A stretch of DNA of 63,290 bases, counting the filler, from Octopus bimaculoides (Eukaryota), in NCBI RefSeq assembly GCF_001194135.2. It is 5 parts of 5 records of this genome, joined end to end, with 100 filler letters (N's around TTAATTAATTAA, not from the genome) between each part and the next. Parts side by side here need not be neighbours in the genome. Positions count along the whole stretch, not along the records: positions 1 to 20,853 come from NC_068985.1; 4 more parts are not named here. One strand, 5' to 3'. Of the stretch, positions 1 to 11,214 are shown piece after piece; within the stretch, counting starts at the first letter, position 1, and every line of letters starts with the position of its first letter. Position numbers and translations under genes: made by a program. The notes under the pieces are model-generated. The model had not been told where the DNA came from and did no database searches. It saw only the letters and a program-made list of their open reading frames with translations.

Positions 1-119
1 CGGAAAGGATGAAAGGCAAAGTCGACCTCGGCGGAATTTCAACTCAGAACGAAGCAGCAGACGAAAAACTGCTAAGCATTTCGCCCAGCGCGCTAACGAT
101 TCTGCCAGCTTGTCGTCTT
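1..119 (-). mobile_element. tRNA-derived SINE, family A (in-window label), 5' part, cut by window edge
   Basis: Reverse complement matches copies at 3376 and 11982 (GAGCTGGCAGAA A-box-like; TTCTGAGTT(C/G)AAATTCCGCCGAGGTCGAC B-box-like). Confidence 0.9.
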
Positions 120-120
120 A

Positions 121-343
121 ATAACAACAACAACAGCAACAATAATAATAATAATCCTTTCTTCGGAAGCACAAGGCCTCAAATTTGGGGGAAGAGATTA
201 AGTCGATTACATCGACTCCAAGTGCTCAACTAGTACTTATTTTTATCGGTCCCAAGATGATGAAACGCTACGTCGGCTACGGCGCAATTTGAACTCACAA
301 CGTAAAGATCCAGAACAAATACCGCTAGGCATTTCCCGACGCT
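121..343 (-). mobile_element. SINE family A, diverged copy with (ATT/GTT)n tail, tandem to the previous copy
   Basis: Same body as 38751-38953 (AGGCCT..AATTT, GTCGATTA.ATCGAC, GTACTTATTTT); tail is the AAT/AAC run at 121-155. Confidence 0.8.
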
Positions 344-629
344 TCTATATAAATAGGAAGTTAAAAATTATGGCCAGTCATATAGAGTGACTTTTGGTTT
401 CGCGCCTGTGAATCGCTCTGAAGTATGGGCGACTCGTCATTAGACTACAAGCAAGCTGGGGAGTCGCTTTGAAAGGTTTAGTCCCCCCACAAAAGCAAAC
501 CCCAATAAACCTGGTGCTTATTCTAATGTTCTCTCTCTCTTTCTGTCTGTCTTTCTCTCTGTCTTTCTTTCTTGTTTTTACCGAATTGCAAAGTTGCCGT
601 GGTCGTGCGGGGAAACGCACACAGAAGAC

Positions 630-786
630 AAGCGTCTCTCAGTTTTCTTCTGCCAAATCAGATCACAAGGTTTTGGTTAGTTTGGGGCTAGAATAAGACA
701 GACTATCTAACTTGTCACGCAATGTGCTTGAACCCGGAACCTTGTGCTTGGGAAGCAAACATCTTACCACACAACCATGCCTGCGT
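630..786 (-). mobile_element. SINE family B head, diverged
   Basis: GAACCCGGAACC.TGTG.TTGGGAAGCAAAC.TCTTACCACACA matches family B heads at 3320-3372 and 31320-31360. Confidence 0.75.
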
Positions 787-890
787 TATATATATATGTA
801 TGTATGAATGTATTTATATAAGTATGTATGCATATGTATATATGTGTGGATGTTATGTATGTATGTAAGTATATGTATGTATGTATGTTT

Positions 891-932
<42 letters not shown>

Positions 933-935
933 TAT

Positions 936-1076
936 AATCTCTCAGAGAGATTTAAGCAGTAGTGGAGCGACAAAGTTGTAGTATATTGTCAACTTAATGT
1001 GACAATCCCAATAAGGGAACACACTACTGCTGTTTAGCCCTAGGAAGCTGGACCGCTTAAATCTCTCTGAGAGATT
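936..1076. mobile_element. 141-bp MITE with 25-bp TIRs and exact 9-bp TSD (Mutator-like by TSD length)
   Basis: AATCTCTCAGAGAGATTTAAGCAGT (936-960) vs reverse complement of 1052-1076: 24/25 match. TAGAAATAT at 927-935 and 1077-1085. Confidence 0.85.
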
Positions 1077-1182
1077 TAGAAATATTATATTTCTAATTTT
1101 GCTGATCAGTGAATGAACTTCACTATGATTTACATAAGTTTGTGAAGGCGAAACAGGCCCCTCTATCCAGCTGGTAAGCTAC

Positions 1183-1218
1183 TTCAGGCTGATGACGAGC
1201 AAAGACTCAGAAACATGT
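1183..1218 (+). ncRNA. Minimal type I hammerhead-ribozyme-like motif, truncated by gap
   Basis: CTGATGA (1189-1195), C-GAG-CAAAGA-CTC-A, GAAAC-AT-GT then N; palindromic ACATGT at helix III. Confidence 0.45.
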
Positions 1219-2404
1219 NNNNNNNNNNNNNNNNNNNNNNNNNNNNNNNNNNNNNNNNNNNNNNNNNNNNNNNNNNNNNNNNNNNNNNNNNNNNNNNNNN
1301 NNNNNNNNNNNNNNNNNNNNNNNNNNNNNNNNNNNNNNNNNNNNNNNNNNNNNNNNNNNNNNNNNNNNNNNNNNNNNNNNNNNNNNNNNNNNNNNNNNNN
1401 NNNNNNNNNNNNNNNNNNNNNNNNNNNNNNNNNNNNNNNNNNNNNNNNNNNNNNNNNNNNNNNNNNNNNNNNNNNNNNNNNNNNNNNNNNNNNNNNNNNN
1501 NNNNNNNNNNNNNNNNNNNNNNNNNNNNNNNNNNNNNNNNNNNNNNNNNNNNNNNNNNNNNNNNNNNNNNNNNNNNNNNNNNNNNNNNNNNNNNNNNNNN
1601 NNNNNNNNNNNNNNNNNNNNNNNNNNNNNNNNNNNNNNNNNNNNNNNNNNNNNNNNNNNNNNNNNNNNNNNNNNNNNNNNNNNNNNNNNNNNNNNNNNNN
1701 NNNNNNNNNNNNNNNNNNNNNNNNNNNNNNNNNNNNNNNNNNNNNNNNNNNNNNNNNNNNNNNNNNNNNNNNNNNNNNNNNNNNNNNNNNNNNNNNNNNN
1801 NNNNNNNNNNNNNNNNNNNNNNNNNNNNNNNNNNNNNNNNNNNNNNNNNNNNNNNNNNNNNNNNNNNNNNNNNNNNNNNNNNNNNNNNNNNNNNNNNNNN
1901 NNNNNNNNNNNNNNNNNNNNNNNNNNNNNNNNNNNNNNNNNNNNNNNNNNNNNNNNNNNNNNNNNNNNNNNNNNNNNNNNNNNNNNNNNNNNNNNNNNNN
2001 NNNNNNNNNNNNNNNNNNNNNNNNNNNNNNNNNNNNNNNNNNNNNNNNNNNNNNNNNNNNNNNNNNNNNNNNNNNNNNNNNNNNNNNNNNNNNNNNNNNN
2101 NNNNNNNNNNNNNNNNNNNNNNNNNNNNNNNNNNNNNNNNNNNNNNNNNNGAGGAATATATTATTTTGCTTAAAAGAGTTCCAACACTGTCTGTTTTTTA
2201 TGTTTTATTTATATTCCTGCAGAACTAATGTGGGGTATAGAATATGGAATATACAATATATAATATAATATACAATATATAATATAAAATAAAATAAAAA
2301 TGGATGGCACCATGAAATAAAGTATTGAATGTAGATGAAATATTGAGTGTTCAATATAAAGGATCAAATATATAAATATATAAATATAAATATATATATA
2401 TAAA

Positions 2405-2444
2405 GGCGACTCGAGTTTCAGGGCTATTTCCCTTCGTCATGGCC
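2405..2444 (-). ncRNA. Minimal type I hammerhead-ribozyme-like motif with one extra base in the core
   Basis: Minus strand: GGC-CATGACGA-AGGG-AAATAG-CCCT-GAAAC-TCGA-GTC-GCC. Helices I, II and III all pair; core differs from CUGANGA by an inserted A. Confidence 0.55.
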
Positions 2445-2703
2445 GGTATGACAGTCTTTAACAGACATATATATATATAAAATCGCCTTCTCAAATACCG
2501 AAGGACAGCACCCACGACCCGTTTCAGGACCCCCCAAAATGGAGGTGGAAGGCAGGAAGTCGGGGTAGGATTTATCCCGAGACCGGAAATATGGCCTGAA
2601 TGCCTGTGAACTCTACAAAAGTCTTATAAGGGCCAGGTGTTATAAGGGCACAAAACTGAGCGACGCATTAAGTCTAGGCACAGTGCTATGTATGTGTGTG
2701 CTA

Positions 2704-2710
2704 GTGTGTA

Positions 2711-2763
<53 letters not shown>
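2704..2763. repeat. (TG)n microsatellite
   Basis: Direct read. Confidence 0.95.
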
Positions 2764-2766
<3 letters not shown>

Positions 2767-2952
2767 GTTATAGATATGATATATGCGCACACATATTAGT
2801 ACCTATACAAGGTCCCACTAACATTTTCCTAACTTGTGACTCTTTTCTTGTCTCTCTCTGTCTCACTCCCGTCTCTCTCTTTCTCTTTAATTCCTTAAAC
2901 TTTTTAACGTGTCCGTATGACACAGAGCTGCTAGCTGTATAAAATTATACTT

Positions 2953-3168
2953 ACTCTTTTACTCTTTTACTTGTTTCAGTCTTTTGATTGTGGCAATGCT
3001 GGAGCACCGCCTTTAGTTGAGCAAATCGATCCCAGGACTTATTCTTTAGAAGCCTAGTACTTATTCTATCGGTCTCTTTTGACGAACCGCTAAGTTACGG
3101 GGACATAAGCACACCAGCATCGGTTGTCAAGCAATGTTGGGGGGACAAACACACACATACAAACATAT

Positions 3169-3213
<45 letters not shown>

Positions 3214-3375
3214 TACGACGGGCTTCTTTCAGTTTCCGTCTACCAAATCCACTCACAAGGCGTTGGTCGGCTCGAGGCTATAGTAGAAGACACTTGCCCA
3301 AGATGCCACGCAGTGGGACTGAACCCGGGACCATGTGGCTGGTAAGCTAGCTACTTACCACACAGCCACTCCTAC
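2953..3375 (-). mobile_element. SINE family B, near full length
   Basis: tRNA-like head (GTGGTAAGTAGCT...GGGTTCAGTCCC), CTTGGGCAAGT core, central TA/CA tract, tail GGTGCTCCAGCA...GACTGAAACAAGTAAAAGAG. Confidence 0.95.
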
Positions 3376-3609
3376 AAAGGCGGCGAGCTGGCGGAAACAT
3401 TAGCACGCCGGGCGAAATGCTTAGCAGTATTTTGTCTGCTGCTACGTTCAGAGTTCAAATTCCGCCGAGGTCGACTTTGTCTTTCATCCTTTCGGCGTCG
3501 ATTAAATAAGTACCAGTTACGCACTGGGGTTGATATAATCGACTTAATCCGTTTGTCTATCCTTGTTTGTCCCCTCTGTGTGTAGCCCCTTGTGGGTAGT
3601 AAAGAAATA
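3376..3609 (+). mobile_element. SINE family A, young copy with 16-bp TSD at the head of a family B copy
   Basis: ACACAGCCACTCCTAC at 3360-3375 and 3610-3625. Confidence 0.95.
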
Positions 3610-3689
3610 ACACAGCCACTCCTACTTATAAATGAATATATTGTAAATGCTGGAGTTTTGAGTGTTACGATACTAACATCTATAGACAC

Positions 3690-5090
3690 TCAGATACACT
3701 GCTTACATTCTGCATTCCACACACACAGACACACACACATACGTACAAAGTGTGTGTGAGAGATACAGAGAAACGCTTGCGTGGATCGCACGCAAACATA
3801 CAATATTATGTACACTTTCTCTAACTCGTGCAGATAGTCGCCAACACACAGACACAATTGTGAGAGAGGCATGTACACGAAGAAATTAAAGCCTATACAC
3901 ACGCACAAACACACACACACACACACGCACACACGTACATAATGAAGCAGGCATAACATCTAAAACGCAGATACTTTGAGCGGTAAACTCACACATAGAG
4001 ACACTTGCAAGCATGCACACAAACATACGTATAGAAAGACGTGAACGACAAAATAACCGTCACGCTCTTACGCTCAGAGGTGTCAAGCGATAGAGCGATA
4101 CACACAAACACAAGGGGAAGGCAACATAAACACACACTGAAGCATTAAGAAGATTCGGTGATAGACAGACGTACGCACATGCTTGCGGATGCGGATGTAT
4201 GCATCTAGCGTCTACCCGTTCGAACACATGCAAACACTTGCGGACATAAACACAAACAACCACACACTGCGGTAGAAAAAGGACACGCAGGTATACACCT
4301 ATATACAGAAACATAAACGAAGGCTGATCCATGCATCGATAACATTCATATATATACACATGTACGCAGGTGCACACAAGCTCACAAATATAAACACACG
4401 CGCACACACACGCACACGTGCACACGTGCACGCGTAAACCCGCTCGCACTCTCACACACACGCACACACGCTCTCGCACTCTCACAGTCGCACATTCATA
4501 CTCGCACACTCACACCCTCACTTGCACAGACACACACACACACACGTACACACACGCACGCGCACTGACTTGCACAGGCACACAAATACACTCTCTCTCG
4601 CTTGCACACACTCACACTAATACTCACGCACTCATACAATCTCTTTCTCTTTCTCTCTCCCTCTCTCTCACCCTCACAAGCACACACGCACTGGCACATA
4701 GGCACGCACACACACACAGGCACGCGCACACACACTCACTCGTACAGACACACATAAGCTCCCCCACACACACACTCGCACAGGCACACGCACACATTCA
4801 CACACGCATATACACATACACTCACACACACACATAACAACTAGCACTGAAACATGCGCACACACACCGATACACTTTACTAGCACTGAGACGATACTGC
4901 TGCACAAAAACACAGACATTAAGGAGAAGTCGATACATCATACACACACACACGCACACAGTAACCGACACACATACACATATACATTGACATCATAGGC
5001 TGCTACACCACGAGCCACATACATAAACAGACACACACACACACACACACACGCACACACTTATATACAAATTCACACACGCACACGTAC
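3690..5090. repeat. Long degenerate CA/CG-rich low-complexity tract
   Basis: Imperfect (CA)n interspersed with CGCA/CACG and (CT)n. Confidence 0.85.
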
Positions 5091-5539
5091 GCTCATCCGT
5101 GTTCACGTCAAAAGGTAAAAATGAAAAGAAAAAAGGAAAGAAAAGAAAAAAAAGAAGTTCGTAAAGCGTTGAGCAAGAGGAGTTTTTAAGCTTTTTATTC
5201 ACATTGATTTGCGTACACTCCTAAACACGCATCTCACCCGAACTCAACTCTCAAGCCTTGTCAGCTATTCAGTTTACATCGCTTGTTACACGGCACCGGG
5301 TGTGTTCGGAGACGAACAGCTAGCGTACTACATCAATAACTACCACTAGAACTTTGCAAATAACAAGTACAACAACAATAAAAACAACAACAGCAGTAAT
5401 TATAGCATGTAAAACAATAACAAAGTTTTTAAAAAAAATTTTATTCCCTGAGAGACCTTCACTCACCCATGCTGTAGAAATTTAGCCGCCACTACAACAG
5501 TCACACATATATATATATACCATTCCGTTCAGTCATTCA

Positions 5540-5540
<1 letters not shown>

Positions 5541-5603
<63 letters not shown>
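5541..5603. repeat. (ATCT)n microsatellite
   Basis: Direct read. Confidence 0.95.
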
Positions 5604-6546
5604 ATGTTAATTATACACATATAAACTGTGAGTACTTTACATATTTCTACTCATACACACGCTTAAATACGAACTCATTATCTCATACATTACGGCGATA
5701 ATAATTTTATATACGCACACACTTGTATATTAAGATATTAATTACACTAATTATATATATATGTATGTATGTATGTACGAGTGTATCAATGTATACACAT
5801 ACCGTTAATAGAAATATAAGCAAACACACAAACATTCTTATAGACACTAACGCACGTCCACACACACACTGGTGTGAACTTACACGCACGCACACACACA
5901 CAAACTTGCATTATAGCAGTATACAGGAGAAAAGCTATACAACTCACCCACATATAACCATCTGTAGTGACACACACACACTACTCACACACGCTATACA
6001 AATATATATATAAACAGATGAATACAGGCTCACACATGCGTACACACAGACACACACACAGGCAAACATAGCCGGCACGCGCACGCGCGGAGACACTGAC
6101 AGACACACGAGCGCGCTGACACATACACACTGACACACACACACACACACACACACGTACAGGCGAACACACGAACACACGCATACATACATATAACAAC
6201 TTTCAAACAGTCGTCCGTCATTTAGGGGGAAAGTTTTCTCTGAAACAGACGATCGACATTTTTTCTTCTCTTTTCCCCCGTTTATTTACTAAGAAGAAGA
6301 AAAAAATTGGTTGAAATTGTTTTGTTTTATTACTTCACATCTTTCTCGGAGATTTTGTTTATTTATAATTGTATATAATATATATTTTCTTTTAAAATTT
6401 TCATTGCATTTTGGGTTTAAATTTACATATATATATATATAAATATCGTCGTCACGTCTTTTTTTCTCACGCTGGACACATTCATAACATCACTTTTCTT
6501 CTAAAGTCTAAATGTTCTCGGATTGTACAACATTGCTGCACTTAGC

Positions 6547-6592
6547 ATGGATTCTAACTCGATAATTTGTTGTGGATGTCTTCTCTTAATAG
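6547..6592 (+). CDS. Candidate first coding exon of an unidentified secreted/membrane protein (MDSNSIICCGCLLLI + phase-1 intron)
   Basis: First in-frame ATG after TAA at 6502-6504; signal-peptide-like hydrophobic stretch; consensus donor AG|GTAAGT at 6591-6598; non-repetitive context. No downstream exon identified. Confidence 0.4.
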
Positions 6593-7104
6593 GTAAGTTG
6601 CATAATTTTTCCTTTTAATTTGTGTTGTGAAATTGTGTCATTAGCATTTGTCATTTATCATTACACTGGAGTTAATCATATAAAACCAGGTGCAATGTAC
6701 ATACATAGATACATACATAGATACATACATACATACATATATACATATNNNNNNNNNNNNNNNNNNNNNNNNNNNNNNNNNNNNNNNNNNNNNNNNNNNN
6801 NNNNNNNNNNNNNNNNNNNNNNNNNNNNNNNNNNNNNNNNNNNNNNNNNNNNNNNNNNNNNNNNNNNNNNNNNNNNNNNNNNNNNNNNNNNNNNNNNNNN
6901 NNNNNNNNNNNNNNNNNNNNNNNNNNNNNNNNNNNNNNNNNNNNNNNNNNNNNNNNNTATATATATATTTTCATTCATTCATAAATATATGATATACATG
7001 TATATATTATATAATACAAAGTGGTATTAAAGCGTCCGTTACAATGCGTAAGAATATTTGTACTACCCTTCGTCGTAAGTTCAAACACTGGGGTCGGCAT
7101 ATAG

Positions 7105-7138
<34 letters not shown>

Positions 7139-7148
7139 TAATAATAAT
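7105..7148. repeat. (TAA)n microsatellite
   Basis: Direct read. Confidence 0.95.
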
Positions 7149-7568
7149 GCAGCTCTAACTCTCTCCGAGTGTCACATACTGGATGATCCACTGGATAAAG
7201 CAGGATATTGAATCGAGAGGATGTCTGTGTCTGCTCGCTAAGAACATAAAACAAAAAAAATATTCGTCCGAAGTTCGGATAGATAAAACTCAGAGTAACG
7301 ATTTATGAAGTTTTCAGTCTTCCCCATTACTAAGTTTGATATTGCATTCTACTTCTTTCTAGCACTCACTTTTCCCTCACTGAGATGTCTGTATGTATGT
7401 ATAAACGGATGTATATGTGTATGTGTGTGTGTGTGTAGGTGACGTATATATGCAATGTGCGTGAGTGTATGTATATAAAGGCAGATGCATATATGCATGT
7501 GTATGTATATATATATATATAGGCAGATATATATAGGTGCATATGTACGTGTATATGTATATATAGGC

Positions 7569-7609
<41 letters not shown>

Positions 7610-7726
7610 TATATATATATATATATATATATATATGTGCGTGTGTGTGTGTGTGTTTATATATGTGTATTTGTCGTAGTGTACGTGAATATGCATATGT
7701 GTTGAATGTTGTTACGGATAATATAA

Positions 7727-7781
<55 letters not shown>

Positions 7782-8422
7782 CTATCTATCATATATACAT
7801 ATATACACGCAGTATGAAACTTGCTTGAGTGCATACATGCTGTGTACACGTTGTATGTTTTAAGTGCACCTTGCTTTTTAATATTGCATATTTATATAGC
7901 TATGTGTGCTATAATAATTGCATAATAAACCTACATACAGCTGGAAGACCGTGCTCTAGTATGGATTTGACAGCGGTGGCTGAAACAAACAAAGGAGAAT
8001 ATATACATGCATAAATATGTGTAGACACGTAATGTAATATGTTATATAGAATATGACAAATATCAAATGTTTATCACATCTTTCGCTGTATCAGTATGTG
8101 TATATCATGTTGTATGCTTGTGTGTACGAAGATAGCTACCGAGTGTCTGATCGAACTGTGTGGCTATTGTGTTCATTCATATTCTGTCTAAACTATCCAT
8201 CCTTCTATCTATCAATCTATATACATGTAAACATGTCAGCTCATCTATCCGCCTGTTTATCCGTCTCCCCTTCCATCCATCTGTCCATCTCGCCTTCTCA
8301 TTTGTCTGTCCATTTGTCTGTCCATTTGTCTACATAATGCTCGATTCCTCCAACCGTCTGTCTTTCCGTACATCTCTCTATCCGTCTGACCGTCAGATTG
8401 TCACTCTCTCTCGCTTCCTGTA

Positions 8423-8542
<120 letters not shown>

Positions 8543-8910
8543 ATATATCTGGCTGTCTGTATCTATGCATCTGTCTGTCCACTCATCCTTCCATGCATTT
8601 ATCTGCTTGGATTTCTATATATCTATCTATATCCATATGTATATTTTTATTAAGAGGCAAAATGTCGACACGAAGACACACAAGAAAGATAATGAACTGC
8701 AGTTAGGGGTTCAAATGTCTCAGGATCTGTTTCGTTATGTATTTAGCGAAAAACATATAACAATTTCTTCCATGCAAAATCTATTTGCGGAAATTCCCTA
8801 TGTGGCCAATATACTGAGAATGCCACCACCTGCATTTGGTTCCCAACAAATTCCAAGACGAGGGATTTTTCACTAAAACTTTTAACGTCAAAGCACCGGA
8901 GATATCTTTT

Positions 8911-8972
8911 TATGCTGAGTCTCCCAACTATGCTGAGTCTCCCCAACTATGCTGGGGTTCCCCAACTATGCT
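8911..8972. repeat. 18-19-bp minisatellite, about 3.3 units
   Basis: TATGCTGAGTCTCCCAAC / TATGCTGAGTCTCCCCAAC / TATGCTGGGGTTCCCCAAC / TATGCT. Confidence 0.9.
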
Positions 8973-8974
8973 TG

Positions 8975-9710
8975 TTTAGTCAAACAAATCGATCCTAGTG
9001 CTTTTAAGTATTTAAGTCTTGTACTTATTCTATCGACTCTTTTAACAAACTGCTAAGTTATTGGGACATAAACCAACCATTATCAGTTGTTGGTTAGCAA
9101 CACAAAGAAACATATACACACATGTATATACATATACATACGTGTGTGTGTATATATGCATATATATGCACACAGGTATACGTACATACAAATATGTGTG
9201 TGTATACATATATAATACATACATGCGTACAAATATATATATATATATACATTTACTTACATGCATACAAATATATATATATATATATACACACGTACAT
9301 GCAAATAAATAAATATATATACACATACATACATGCATACAAATACATACATGCATACAAATAAATATATATACACGCGTACATACATGCATATGAATAA
9401 ATATATATACACATACATACATACATACATACATACATACAAACAAATATGTATGTATGTATGTTTGTTTGTATGTATGTATGTATGTATGTATGTATGT
9501 ATGTATGTATGTATGTATGTATGTATGTATGTACACGCACTCATATACAACATACGTCTTCCTAATTCCGTCTACCAAATTCACTCACAAGGCTTCGGTC
9601 GGCCCGGGGGTCATGTTAGGAAACACTTCCCGAAAGTGACATGCAGGGGACTAGACCCAAGTCTACAGGACTGGGAAGTAAGCTTCGTAACCGTGCAGCT
9701 ACGTTCGCGC
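8975..9710 (-). mobile_element. SINE family B with central tract expanded to about 430 bp
   Basis: 3' half at 8975-9110, head at 9545-9710, TA/CATA/TATG repeats between. Confidence 0.85.
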
Positions 9711-9879
9711 CTTGTTCAATTTATTTGACAACTTTCAGGGATTCCAAAGTCATATCATATCTCTCTCCCTTTCTCTCCCTCTCCCTCTCCCCTTCTCTCT
9801 TTCAGTCGTTACTTTTCGGTGTCCCTTAAGAGTCTGTGCAGACACCGACCACTCCATCCATGCTGCGAACTGTCGCCAG

Positions 9880-9946
<67 letters not shown>

Positions 9947-10152
9947 GTTATGTCTATCTGCCTGTCTGTGTCTGAATCAATCTGTCTGTCTAATTAAAAA
10001 GCAAAATAAAGTGATCCAAGGGAAATTATTCAATTAGGTCAATGACATGAAGTTTCAGACTCAATTTTTATTCTTAATTTTCTGAAAACATTTCGTCAAC
10101 ATACCTAACAGTTGGTTCCATAGTTAGAATTATGTGAATCCAATTTTTGTTG

Positions 10153-10153
10153 T

Positions 10154-10204
<51 letters not shown>

Positions 10205-10206
10205 AC
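10153..10206. repeat. (TAC)n microsatellite
   Basis: Direct read. Confidence 0.95.
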
Positions 10207-10304
10207 CATAAAAAAATAGTGCTGAACGGCGTTATAGGTTTGGAGTATACATGTGTCTGCGTTTGGCTGTCTATCTGTCTATCTATTAACGCAAATGCAT
10301 ATAT

Positions 10305-10417
10305 ATGGCCGTGTAGTAAGTAGATTGCTTACCAACTACATGGTTCCAGGTTCAGTCCCACTGCGTGGCATCTTGTTAGTGGATTTGGTAGACGGAAGCT
10401 GAAATAAGCCCGTCATT

Positions 10418-10462
<45 letters not shown>

Positions 10463-10472
10463 NNNNNNNNNN

Positions 10473-10505
<33 letters not shown>

Positions 10506-10712
10506 TGTGTCTGTGTTTGTCTTCCTAACATCGCTTGACGACCGATACTGGTGTGTTCACGTCCCCCGTAACCTAGCGGTTCGGCAAAAGACACCGATAG
10601 AATAAGTACTAGGCTTACAAAGAATAAATCCTGGGGTCGATTTGCTCGACTAAAAGCGTTGCTCCAGCATGACCTCAGTCACATAACTGAAACAATTAAA
10701 AGAATAAAACAA
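10305..10712 (+). mobile_element. SINE family B with short internal deletion
   Basis: Head GTGTAGTAAGTAGATTGCTTACC...GGTTCAGTCCC, central (TG)n, tail GCTCCAGCATGACC.CAGTC...GACTGAAACA. Confidence 0.9.
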
Positions 10713-11163
10713 AAACAAAAACAAAAATAGAATATATACGCGAGGGAAAATCTGTGTGCATATGAATGCGTAAATGCTTGTCTAGACACAAATGCGCTTA
10801 TGTATAAATGCATACCTTTCTACACACACGCACATAAATATACAAATATGCACAGCATGTATATATGAACTTGCATGTGTTTATATGTACTTATACATAC
10901 AAATGTATTAGCATTTATATGAGTGTGTAAATGTATATATGTTTACAGAAATATATATATTATATGATTGAACGCACGTGTCATCTTTGCAAGTAAGTTT
11001 TAACTAATATATATATATATATATATGCATATATGTACACACACACACACACACACACACAATAACAACAGCAATACCAATACATAAACAAGTGGGAGAG
11101 CATCAAAATATTGTGTAGGGTATATATGTGTGTATATATATATACATATGTAAAACATATATG

Positions 11164-11214
<51 letters not shown>

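Noticed and set aside
3376-3470. SINE heads as genuine tRNA genes
   Set aside because: A/B boxes are present but no complete cloverleaf or terminator; each continues into SINE body and tail.
7941-8014. Possible phase-1 exon (AGRPCSSMDL...)
   Set aside because: Weak pyrimidine tract, no donor before the stop.
8650-8876. Non-repetitive ORF tail KRQNVDT...IPRRGIFH
   Set aside because: No recognisable motif or convincing splice sites; length compatible with chance.
8911-8972. Short direct repeats resembling a mini CRISPR array
   Set aside because: Units are contiguous with no spacers, eukaryotic context, no cas genes.
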